20,000 bases of DNA, from the sequence record DRR378314_235; one strand, 5' to 3'. Both the position numbers and the translations under genes were made by a program. Below the pieces are notes generated by a model. The model ran no database searches. It was not told the DNA's origin and saw only the letters and a program-made list of their open reading frames with translations. Positions 1 to 9,800 of this stretch are shown here, one piece after another (position 1 is the first letter of the stretch; each line of letters begins with the position of its first letter).

Positions 1-323
1 ACCATGCGCGGGCCCTGCTCGGTCTGCACCCGCACGATCTTGCCGGGTTTCAGTTTGCCGGCGTGCTTGAGGTACTTGGCGGACAGGCGCTGGCGCAGCG
101 ACTCGTCGCGGCGGCCGTAGGCCTGCTCCGGGTCCAGGGAGACGGTGAGGCGGTCGCCGCTGTCCTTGCCTTCCAGGGCCTGCTCCAGGCCGGCGAGAAT
201 ATTGCCGGCGCCGTGCAGGTAAACCATCGGCGCGTCGGCGCCGCTTTTTTCCAGGGTCAGGTCGTTGTCGGCGTCGATCAGGGTGTAGTGCAGGGTGACG
301 ACCTTGTCTTTTTCAATCGGCAT
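1..323 (-). CDS. slyD: FKBP-type peptidyl-prolyl cis-trans isomerase, SlyD-like (3' end runs off the window)
   Basis: Not in the ORF track; translated by hand from ATG at 323: MPIEKDKVVTLHYTLIDADNDLTLEKSGADAPMVYLHGAGNILAGLEQALEGKDSGDRLTVSLDPEQAYGRRDESLRQRLS... It shows the SlyD hallmarks V(T/S)LHYTL, YLHGxGNIxxGLExALxG and PEQAYG. A GGAG lies upstream. Confidence 0.85.
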   Translation of the reverse strand, partial: MPIEKDKVVTLHYTLIDADNDLTLEKSGADAPMVYLHGAGNILAGLEQALEGKDSGDRLTVSLDPEQAYGRRDESLRQRLSAKYLKHAGKLKPGKIVRVQTEQGPRM

Positions 324-341
324 GCGGGGGGTGTCTCCGGA

Positions 342-1325
342 TCAGGGGTTCGGGGTGGTGTCCGGCGCCAGGCCGAGGGACGCACTGTCCTCGCCCCGGG
401 CGGCGCGGCGCAGCAGCGGGTAGGATTGGCGGTACCACAGCCGGCGGCCGCCGGGGCGCCATTTAAAGCGTTTATAGGTCCACTGGTACTGGCACAGGTT
501 GCTTTGAATGCACGTCTCCAGGGCCTGGTTCATGGCGCAGAGCAGGGTGTGCGTGTCGGCGGCGGTTTCGATTTCCGGGGCCGGTTTGAAGTGCATTTCC
601 ACATCCTTGATGCCGCCCTCGCCCCGGTAACAGGACACCACGAACACCCGTGGCCGGAAGCGCTGCACCAGCTTGCCGACCAGCGCCGGGGTCGGCACCG
701 GATGGCCGAAGAACGGCGCGTAGGGGTTACTGCGGTTGCCCGGGTTGTGATCGGCGAGCAGCGCCAGGGTGCCGCCGGCACGCAGCGTCGCCAGGCCGTG
801 CTTGATACCCTGGTTGTTGGTCGGAACAAGGCGGCAGCCGCTGCGCTCGCGGGCTTGCTTCACCAGTTCGTCCACCAGCGTTGCCGGGTGCGGCTGATAC
901 ATGATGTTGGTGCCCTGGCGTCCCAGATAGGGGTTCATGGTTTCCCAGCTGCCCAGATGCAGCGACAGCAGCAACACCGGCCGGTCGCTGGCGCAGGCGT
1001 CCAGATATTCCTGTTCACCATGAATGTGGCTGATTCGCGCCATGGTTTCGTCGATCGGCCGGCTCCATACATGGGCGAATTCGCAGAAGGAGCGGCCCAG
1101 CTCGCGCAGGCTCTGCCGGCCGATGACCCGCGCCTGGTCGAAGCTGATGCCCGGCTGGGTGGCCAGCAGGTTGATCAGCACCACCCGGTAGGCGCTGGCA
1201 TAGCGCAGCGGTACCCGGGTGATCAGATCACCGAGTATCGCCCCCAGGCCGGCGGCCAGCGGCAGCGGCAGCCAGGCGATCAAGCGGATCAGCCACCATA
1301 GGCGTCGTCCACGCTGGGTCTTCAT
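342..1325 (-). CDS. Lipid A lauroyl/lysophospholipid acyltransferase family protein (LpxL/HtrB-like), 327 aa
   Basis: N-terminal hydrophobic segment, catalytic H(x4)E motif HLGSWE, plus LADHNPG, PFFG and QYQWTYKRFK motifs typical of the LpxL family. Start placed at ATG 1325 because GGAGGAG lies 8 nt upstream (1334-1340). Confidence 0.85.
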   Translation of the reverse strand: MKTQRGRRLWWLIRLIAWLPLPLAAGLGAILGDLITRVPLRYASAYRVVLINLLATQPGISFDQARVIGRQSLRELGRSFCEFAHVWSRPIDETMARISHIHGEQEYLDACASDRPVLLLSLHLGSWETMNPYLGRQGTNIMYQPHPATLVDELVKQARERSGCRLVPTNNQGIKHGLATLRAGGTLALLADHNPGNRSNPYAPFFGHPVPTPALVGKLVQRFRPRVFVVSCYRGEGGIKDVEMHFKPAPEIETAADTHTLLCAMNQALETCIQSNLCQYQWTYKRFKWRPGGRRLWYRQSYPLLRRAARGEDSASLGLAPDTTPNP

Positions 1326-1350
1326 GGTCGCGGCTCCTCCCAATGCACGC

Positions 1351-2343
1351 TCAGAGACTTTCCAGAGTCAGGGTATCGCCATGCCCCGGTACGCGGAAAG
1401 CGTCCGCCGCCACGCCGTGGCGCGCCAGGGCGGCGGCCAGCGCCTTGGGCGGCTCGTCCAGGGGCTCGTCGGTGAGCACGAAGGTGCCCCAGTGCATGGC
1501 CAGGGACTGGCGTGCGCGCAGGTCCAGATGGATGCGCACCGCCTCGTCCGGATTGATGTGCACCGGCGCCATGAACCAGCGTGGCGCATAGGCGCCGATC
1601 GGCAGCAGGGCCGCGTCCACCGGCCCCAGCACGTCGCCGATTTCCTCGAACACCGGTGCGTAGCCGGTATCGCCGGCGAACATCAGGCTGAAGTCGGGCC
1701 AGTTGAGCCGCCAGCCGCACCACAGGGTACGGTTGCGGTCACGGGCGCCGCGGCCGCTGAAATGCTGGGACGGAACACAGAAGGCGTCGACCTCCCCTTC
1801 CCGGTGGTGCTGCCACCAGCTCAATTCCACCACCCGGCCGATGCCGCGCCGGCGCAGCCAGGCGCCCACGCCGGTGGGCGCGAACCACAGCACCTGGTCG
1901 CCGAAACGGCGGTTGAGCGCGTCCACGGCGGCGCGGTCCAGATGATCATAGTGATTGTGGGACACCAGCACGGCGTGGATCGGCGGTAGCTCGTCAATCT
2001 CCAGCGCCGGCGCCACGGCGCGTTTGGGGCCGGCGAACGACAGCGGTGAGCAGCGTTCCGCGAACACCGGGTCGGTGAGCAGGTTCCAGCCCTGGTATTG
2101 AATCAGATAGGTGGCGTGGCCGATCCAGGTAAAGCGCGGTTGCGGCGCCGGCGCCGCCAGCTCCGCCGGGTCCGGCCGGCGCAGTGGAAACGGCAGGCGG
2201 CGCGGAAAGCGGCCGCCGGTTTGGCGCTGCCAGCGCAGGAACTCGCGCAGGCCGTGGTGCGGGGTGGGATAGCGGTTGATAAAGCGCCGCCCGTCGTGGG
2301 GCCGCTCCGCCGCCAGCTGTTCCAGGCGTGCCCAGTCGGTCAT
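1351..2343 (-). CDS. Metallo-beta-lactamase-fold hydrolase, NAPE-PLD/RomA-like, 330 aa
   Basis: Motifs WIGHATYLI, TDPVF, SHNHYDHLD (HxHxDH metal site), SQHFSGR, FAGDTGY, PIGAYAPRWFM, HINPDEA and MHWGTFVL match the NAPE-phospholipase D-like MBL subfamily. No signal peptide is evident. The start overlaps the chpC stop (ATGA). Confidence 0.85.
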   Translation of the reverse strand: MTDWARLEQLAAERPHDGRRFINRYPTPHHGLREFLRWQRQTGGRFPRRLPFPLRRPDPAELAAPAPQPRFTWIGHATYLIQYQGWNLLTDPVFAERCSPLSFAGPKRAVAPALEIDELPPIHAVLVSHNHYDHLDRAAVDALNRRFGDQVLWFAPTGVGAWLRRRGIGRVVELSWWQHHREGEVDAFCVPSQHFSGRGARDRNRTLWCGWRLNWPDFSLMFAGDTGYAPVFEEIGDVLGPVDAALLPIGAYAPRWFMAPVHINPDEAVRIHLDLRARQSLAMHWGTFVLTDEPLDEPPKALAAALARHGVAADAFRVPGHGDTLTLESL

Positions 2344-2795
2344 CGCGACAGCCCGGCGACGGCGCCTTCCACCGCGTCCAGATCCGGGATCACCGCCAGG
2401 TCGCCGCCCACCTGAACGTACATGGCTTCCGCCGGGCCGGTGTCGCCGGGCTCTTCCACCGGGTCGCCCTTGTCCACGCGCAGCAGGCGGGGAATCCCCT
2501 GCACCACCACGGCGTAAAAGCGGGACACGCCGGAAACGGTGTTGATCACCGCGATGCGCGCGTCCGGGCCGATGGCCACCTGGCCGGACTCGTTCAGCTT
2601 TTCATAGGAGATCAGCGGCAGGTCCTGCTCGCGCCAGTTAATCCAGCCGAGCAGCCACTCCGGGCCGTGACCGGGCCGGTCCGGCTGGCGCAGCGGAATC
2701 ACCTCCGCCACCACGATGTTGGGAATCAGCCAGGGCCGGCCGTTCATCGGGATCAGCAGGCTGGGCAGGGATTCGGGAATTTGCGCCTCGGACAT
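2340..2795 (-). CDS. chpC: CheW-like adaptor ChpC
   Basis: CheW-like sequence (LIPNIVVAEVI, WLLGWINWREQDLPLISYE, QGIPRL); position after chpB; GAGGAA SD overlapping the chpB stop. Confidence 0.88.
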   Translation of the reverse strand: MSEAQIPESLPSLLIPMNGRPWLIPNIVVAEVIPLRQPDRPGHGPEWLLGWINWREQDLPLISYEKLNESGQVAIGPDARIAVINTVSGVSRFYAVVVQGIPRLLRVDKGDPVEEPGDTGPAEAMYVQVGGDLAVIPDLDAVEGAVAGLSR

Positions 2796-2804
2796 GCGAC
2801 TTCC

Positions 2805-3842
2805 TCAACTTATTCTTGGTTCACCGGAAACACGGGCCGTTTCGGCCACTTCCCGGCGCACTCGGTCGACCAGTTGCCGCGCCAGTTGTTCCGGTGTGCC
2901 ACTGTACCCGACGCAGCCGGTTTCGCGTACCGAATCCGGCTGACTGCTGACCGCGCAGCTGTCCGCCGACTGCGCCCAGATGGCGGCGCCCTGGGCGGCC
3001 AGCCGGGGCGCGGCGATGGCGCCGTCGTTGCCCATGCCGGAGAACAGAATGGCGCCGTCGCAGTGGCCGAAGCCCTGCGCCAGGCTGCTCATCACCTGGT
3101 CGATGCAGGGCGCGTAGGGGCCTTCCCAGGGTTCGCCGGTGAGCCGCGCCACGCCGTCGGTGTCGAACACCAGGCTTTGCGTGACCGGCGCCACCAGCAC
3201 CCGGCCGTGGCCGAGCCGGTCACCGTCGCCGGCCACCTGGCAGTGGAACGGGCTGTCCCGGCGCAGCACCTGGCACAGGGTGTCCAGGAAGCCGCCGTCG
3301 ATGTGCTGGGCGAGCACGAACGCCACCGGCAGGTGTTCCGGCAGACAGTCGAGAAACTGTTTTACCGCCGCCGGGCCGCCCAGGCTGGCGCCCAGCACCC
3401 ACACCCTTTGCGCCGTGGTGTCGCCGGCCAGGGCGCGGAATTCGCGCGGTTCGGGAATCGGCGCCGCCAGCGGGGTTTGCGGCACCGCGGCCAGGTTTTC
3501 CTCCAGCCCCGGTGCGCCGATATAGCCCACCAGCTTGGTCATCAGACGCCGCTCCCAGCGCGGGTAATGGTCGGCGGTGCGGGCGGGGGCCTGGCCGTCA
3601 CAGAACAGCAGGGGCGCGGCGGCGTTTTCCAGCAGGCCGTCGAGAAAGCGCTGCCAGCGGTCCTCCCGGGACAGGTCCACCACCCACAGGTCCAGGGCGT
3701 CGGCGGCCAGCCAGCGGTCTTCCAGATGTTCCGGGTCGGTGTTGACCACCACCCGGTAGCCCTGGCCCTTGATGGCGCCCGCCAGCAGATGCCCCTGCAG
3801 GGTATCGTCGGCGATCACGCCGACCCGGCCCGGGGCGGCCAT
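2805..3842 (-). CDS. chpB: CheB-like methylesterase ChpB
   Basis: C-terminal CheB domain with Ser-His-Asp motifs GASLGGP, AQHID and SGMGNDG; N-terminal divergent receiver-like domain; TGATG overlap with the chpA stop. Confidence 0.9.
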   Translation of the reverse strand: MAAPGRVGVIADDTLQGHLLAGAIKGQGYRVVVNTDPEHLEDRWLAADALDLWVVDLSREDRWQRFLDGLLENAAAPLLFCDGQAPARTADHYPRWERRLMTKLVGYIGAPGLEENLAAVPQTPLAAPIPEPREFRALAGDTTAQRVWVLGASLGGPAAVKQFLDCLPEHLPVAFVLAQHIDGGFLDTLCQVLRRDSPFHCQVAGDGDRLGHGRVLVAPVTQSLVFDTDGVARLTGEPWEGPYAPCIDQVMSSLAQGFGHCDGAILFSGMGNDGAIAAPRLAAQGAAIWAQSADSCAVSSQPDSVRETGCVGYSGTPEQLARQLVDRVRREVAETARVSGEPRIS

Positions 3843-6800
3843 CAGTGGCTGGTCTCCCGGGTCTCGCCGAGCAGCTCACGCAGGGTGACCAGCAGCTCGC
3901 TCTCCTGGAACGGTTTGCCCAGATAGCAGTTCACGCCGATGTCGAAGGCCCGCTCCCGGTGTTTCTCCCCGGTGCGCGAGGTGATCATGATGATCGGCAC
4001 GTCCTTGAGGCGTTCGTCGTGGCGCACGTGGGTGGCCACTTCGAAGCCGTCCATGCGCGGCATCTCGATGTCCAGCAGCATGGCGGCGGGGGTGTGCTCT
4101 TCCAGGGTGGCGATGGCGTCGATACCGTCCTTGGCGGTGATCACCTCGAAGCCGCTGCGTTCCAGCAGGCGGCCGGTCACCTTGCGCACCGTCACCGAAT
4201 CGTCCACCACCATCACCAGCGGTGCCACGCGGCGCTCGTGCTCGTAATCCGGCGTTTCCGGCTCGGCGGGCAGCGCTTCCTGAGCCTGCGGCAGGGCCGC
4301 CTGCTGGGCCTGGGCGGCGCGGATCAGCGAGTGGATATCGAGAATGATCACCACCGCGCCGTCGCCGAGGATGGTGGCGCCGCTGATGCCGGCCACGCTG
4401 GCCAGCTGCGGCCCCACGGACTTGACCACCACTTCCCGCGAACCGATCAGGTTGTCCACCACCAGCGCCACGGTGTGATCCGCACTGCGGATCAGCAGCA
4501 CCGGCATCGGCTGGCTGTGGCTGTCCAGGTGCGGCTGGGCCACGTCGTGCACGAACCGGCCCAGATAGTGCAGGTCGTACTCCTGGCCGGCGTAGCGGTA
4601 GGCCGGCAGGCCGCCTTCCTGGCGGGCCTGGAAATAGTCGCTCAGCTCGTAGGGGCTGACCCGCACGATGCCTTCGATCTGGTTCAGCGGGATGGCGTAG
4701 GCGTCCTCGCCGACGCGCACCATCAGCGCCCGGTTCATGGCCAGGGTGAACGGCAGACGCACCACGAAGCGGGTGCCCTGCCCGGGCCGCGAGTCGATGG
4801 TCACCGAGCCGCCCAGTTGTTTGATCTCGCTGGCCACCACGTCCATGCCCACGCCCCGGCCGGACAGCTGGGTCACCTGGCTGGCGGTGGAGAAGCCGGC
4901 GTGGAAGATGAACTGCTGCACTTCGTGGTCGGGCAGCGGGGTGTTCTCCGCCATCAGCCCGCGCTCGATGGCCTTGCGGCGTACCGCGTCGGTATCGATG
5001 CCCTTGCCGTCGTCGGCCAGGGTGATCACCACTTCGCCGCCTTCGCGGGAGAGCTCCAGGCTGACGTGGCCGCTCTCCTCCTTGCCGGCGCCACGGCGCT
5101 GCTCCGGGTCCTCGATGCCGTGGTCCACGGCGTTGCGCAGCATATGCTCCAGCGGCGCCACCACGCGCTCCATCAGGGTGCGGTCCAGCTCCCCTTCCGG
5201 GTTGATCACGTCGAAGGCGACGCGCTTGCCCACTTCGCCGGACACCTGCCGCACGATGCGCCGCAGGCGCGGCACCAGGCGGGAGAACGGCACCATGCGC
5301 GTGCGCATGAGCTTTTCCTGCAGGTCGGTGTTAATGCGCTGCTGCTGCAGCAGCAGGGTTTCCGTGTCGCGGGTGCGATCCAGCAGGGTGTTCTTCAGGT
5401 CCAGCAGGTCCGAGGCGGACTCGGAAAGCTGTTTGGTGATCTGGTGCAGCTCCGAATACTGGTCCATTTCCAGCGGGTCGAAACGGCCGTCGATTTCGCC
5501 GCTGTCCACGCCCTTCTGGTAGGTGGACATGATCTGTGCTTCGGTCTCGGCGTCGAGCCGGCGCAGCTGCTCGTAGAGGCGCACCACGGTGGCGCCCATC
5601 TCGCCGATGTTGAAGCCGAACTCGCTGATGCTCTGTTCCACCCGGCCGCGGTTGATGGAGGTCTCGCCGGCCAGGTTGACCAGCGCTTCCAGCACGTCGG
5701 CGCCCACCCGCACCATTTCCTGGGGCTGTGACTGGGGGCGCCGCTCCTCGCGTTTAACGCCGGGTTGCGCGCTGGCTTCCGGGCGGGTCTCGCGGGTCGC
5801 CGGCGGCTGCGCCGGCAGCGGCTGGGCGGCCGCCGCGCGGCGCAGTTCCACCAGGCGCTCGTTGAGGGCGTCGAATTCCGCCGTCATCGCCTGGAAATCG
5901 TTTTCGTCCGGGTCGCGCCGCTGGCTTTCCAGGTTGTGCATCAGCGTTTCGAACCGGTGGCTCATCTCCCCCAGCTCATTAAGACCGGACAGCCGCGCCC
6001 CGCCCTTCAGGGTGTGCAGGGCCCGTTTCAGGTCGTCACTGAAATCCCGGCTTTCCGGGTGATCGCGCCAGGACACCAGGCAGCCGTCGATGATTTCGCA
6101 GAGCTCCTCGGCCTCTTCCAGGAAGACGTCGAGAATCTCCAGGTCCACTTCATCGGGCAGCGGCGTGTCGGGCTCGGCGTCGGCCCCGGCCGGTTGGGAC
6201 GGCGCCGGTTCGGCGGAGGCGGCGGGCAGCGTGAAAGCGCCCGGGTCGCGCAGATAATCGTGCAGCGCGGTGATCAGGTCGTCGCCGCCGGTCAGCGGTT
6301 GCCCGGCGCCGAGCTGGTCGACCATCTCGGCCAGCCGGTCGTGGCAACGGTGCAGCAGGTCGAACAGCACGGGCTGCACCGGCAGGCGGTCCAGGGCCAG
6401 AGCTTCGTAAAGGGTTTCCAGTTCATGGCCCAGGTCGCCGAGGGGCTGGACCTCGGCCATGCGGGCGCCGCCTTTGAGGGTATGCAGATCGCGCTGCAGG
6501 GACTGGATTTCCAGGCTGTTGCCGGTGTCGGTGATCCAGGTGTCCAGGCTGCGGCCGGCGGACTCGAGAATGTCGTGGGCTTCCTCCAGGAAGATCGCCA
6601 CCAGTTCCGGGTCCCCCTGGGTGCCGTCGGCGGGCGCCGGGGCGTCGGGCGCGGCGGCCGGGTCCGGGGCCTGGCGCAACATCGCCTGGCGCAGCGCTTC
6701 GATCACCGCCGGGGCGGGCTCCGGCTTACCGCCGCTGCGCAGCGTGTCGATCATGTCCGCCAGCCGGTCGTGGCCACGGTGCAGCACGTCGAACAGTGAG

Positions 6801-9800
6801 GGCGCGGGCGCCGGCTGGTTGGGGGCGCCGGCCATTTCGTAAAGGTTTTCCAGCTCGTGGGCGAGATCGCCGACGGCGGTGACGCCGGCCATGCGGGCGC
6901 CGCCCTTGAGGGTGTGCAGGTCCCGTTGCAGGGCGGCCAGGCTGTCGGCTTCGCCGTGCTCCCAGGCGGTCAGGTGTTCGCTGGACGAGAGCAGCAGGTC
7001 TTCCGCTTCTTCCAGGAACAGCAGCACCAGCTCCGGGTCCAGGGGCGCGTCGTCGCCGCCGCCGGCGCGGTCCGCGGGGGCCGGCATGCCGCCGCCGGGG
7101 CCGTCCGGGCCGGGGGTTTCAGCCAGGTCGCGCAGGCTGTCCACCAGACCCAGTTCCGGGCGCACGGTCTGGCCGGCGGCCAGACAGTCCATCATGTTCA
7201 TCAGGGCTTCGTGGCCCTCGCGCGCCAGTTCCAGCAAGGCTTCGCTGAACGGCAGGCGGCCCTGGTTGACGCCGGAATAGACGCTGGCCAGCGCCTTGGC
7301 CAGGCCGTGGATTTCATCCAGGTTGGCGGTGCGGGCGCTGTTGGCGAGCAGCTCCAGTTCGTCGCGCAGGCGCGCCAGCTCCTCGGTGTGGCCCGGCTCT
7401 TCGGCCCACTGTTCCAGCAGGTTGTCGGTGTCGATGATCAGGTCCATGCCTTCGGACAGGAACACCGAAAGAATATGCGGGTCGGCGCCGTCGCGGTGCT
7501 CGTTGAGCGCTTCGCGGGCCTGCATCAGGCGTTCGATCAGGGTGGCGGCGTCGCCGGGCAATTCCGTCAGGGCGCCGTCGTGCAGCCGGGCCAGGCCGGC
7601 GTCCAGCAGCCGGTGGGTCTGGTCGATCATTTCCACGGTGTCGGCGTCGGCACGGCGCCCGCCGTTGACCAGCTCCTTGACCAGCTTCTCCGCCGGTTCC
7701 GCCAGCTCCGCCATGGCGTTGATCTCGGCCATGCGGGCGCTGCCCTTCAGGGTGTGCAGGGCGCGGTGCACCTGGTCGTCCAGGGGGTGCTCGGCGAAGT
7801 CCGGGTCGATCTGGTCCAGCCACTCGCGCACCAGTCTGAGGTTGCGCGCCGCCTCGCTGCGGAAGATATCCAGCAGCACCGGGTCGACCGCGTCGCCGGC
7901 GGCTTCGGTCTCCTCGGGGATCTGGAAATCCAGGGCATCCAGGTCCGCCAGCGGGTCGTCGTCCAGGGGCGGCGTCGCGTCGGGGGCTTGTTCGGACTCC
8001 GGCCCGGTGTCGGTTTGCGGCTCCCGGGGCGCGTCCGGGCGGTCAATGCTCGGCACCGCGTCCAGGTGCTGGCCGTCGGCGAGCGCGAACGCGGCTTCCT
8101 GCAGCGGCGTCACGTCGTAGGGCATCGGCCGGCGGTGGGCGAAGGCGTCCACCAGATCCGGGATCAGGCCGTGCACGGTGCGCACCAGCTCGATCAGGGT
8201 GGCGTCGGGCTCGATGGCGCCGTCGATCACCCGGTTCATCATGTTCTCGATCGACCAGGCCAGCTCCCCGACGGTGGTGGCGCCCACCATGCGGCCGGAG
8301 CCTTTGAGGGTGTGGAAGGCGCGGCGGAATTCCACCAGCGCGGTTTCGTCGCCGGTGTTGGCCGCCCAGCGCGGGAAATACTGATCCAGGGCCTCGAGCA
8401 CTTCTTCGGCTTCCTCGACGAAGATCTCGATGATTTCGTCGTCGATCAGCTCTTCGTCGTGTTCCTCGATGCCGCCCTGGTCGGCAGGCTCCGGCGCCGC
8501 CGCTTCGTCGGGCGACGCTTCGAGCGCGTCATCGTCCTGGGGGGCGTCCTCGGTGAGCAGCACCGGCGGTTCGTCCAGTGGCGCATTCAGCGGCTCATCA
8601 AGCGGCTCATCAAGCGGTTCATCCAGCGAATCGGCCGGCGCGTCCTCGACGTCGTCCGGCTGATCGGCGTAATCCGGCTCTTCGGTTTCCGCCTCGTCGA
8701 CGGGCTCCGGCAACGGGTAGCCCAGGTCGCTGACGCTGGCCCGCGCCAGGCCGAGGATGTCATCGCGGGTTTCCGGGTCGTCGCTGAGACGCTCCAGGTA
8801 GTACTCCACCGAGGTGATGGCGTCGGCCAGGGTGTCCATGCTGCGCCAGTCCGGCTTGGACTGCTCCGCCATCAGCTGCTCTTGGATAAAGCGCACGCAC
8901 TGGCGAAGAATGTCCGCCGGGCGGTCGAGCTGAACCACCTCCAGCCCGCCGCGCACCGCGTTGAGACGGTCGGGTACCGTTTTCAGGTGCTGGTGGTCCC
9001 AGTGCGAGGCGATGAATTCGATGATGCCGTCCTTGGCCTCTTCCAGGCCGGCGCGGCATTCGCGCAGCACCGCGTCTAGGGCCTGGCCCACATGGCGGGG
9101 CAGGTCTGCGCCGGTGGCCGGGGCCGGCCGGCGGTTGTCGCCGCCGATGCCGGCCAGGGTCGCTTCCACGTAGAGCAGCGCGCCGGCCACGTCCATCAGG
9201 GTGTCGCGGTGCGGGGGCCGGCGGCCGTCGACGATCGCCTCCATCACCTTGAGCTGCTCTTCCACCAGGGTGCGCGGCTGGCCGAGGCCGAGCATGGCCA
9301 CGGTGTCGGACACCTGTTTCAGGCGGATCGCCTCCGGCGCCAGCGTGGCCGGGTCGGAATCGCCCTGGTGGACGAACTGCTCCAGGGCGTCCTTGATCTT
9401 GGTGAGCTCCTCGGACAGCGCCGTGACCACCGAGCTCATGGCCATGGAGTCCGGGCCGGTGAGGCGCTCGCGTTCGGCGTTGACCAGGTCTTCCGACGGC
9501 AGCGCGTCGTCGAGCCGGAAGCCGGCGCGCACTTCGCGGATGCGCGGGCTGTCGTGGTCGGCCTTGGCGACGTAATACAGCAGGTTCTTGAGTAGTTCCG
9601 TGGGCGCCGGGCGTTCCAGGCTGTCGACGCCGTCGGCGGCCAGCTCGCGCAGGGTGCGGTCGATCTGGCCGAGCATCTGTTTCACCGAGGTGCCCAGCGC
9701 GATGGCGTCCTCCTGCAGGCCCTCCACCAGGGCGTCGGCGATCCGCCACAGCGGCCCGCGGGCGGCCTCCCCGGTGACCTGCTCAAGCTTGGCGAACACC

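Noticed and set aside
8567..8626. Tandem repeats as a possible CRISPR-like array
   Set aside because: The 12-bp contiguous units have no spacers and lie in frame within chpA, and no cas genes are present.
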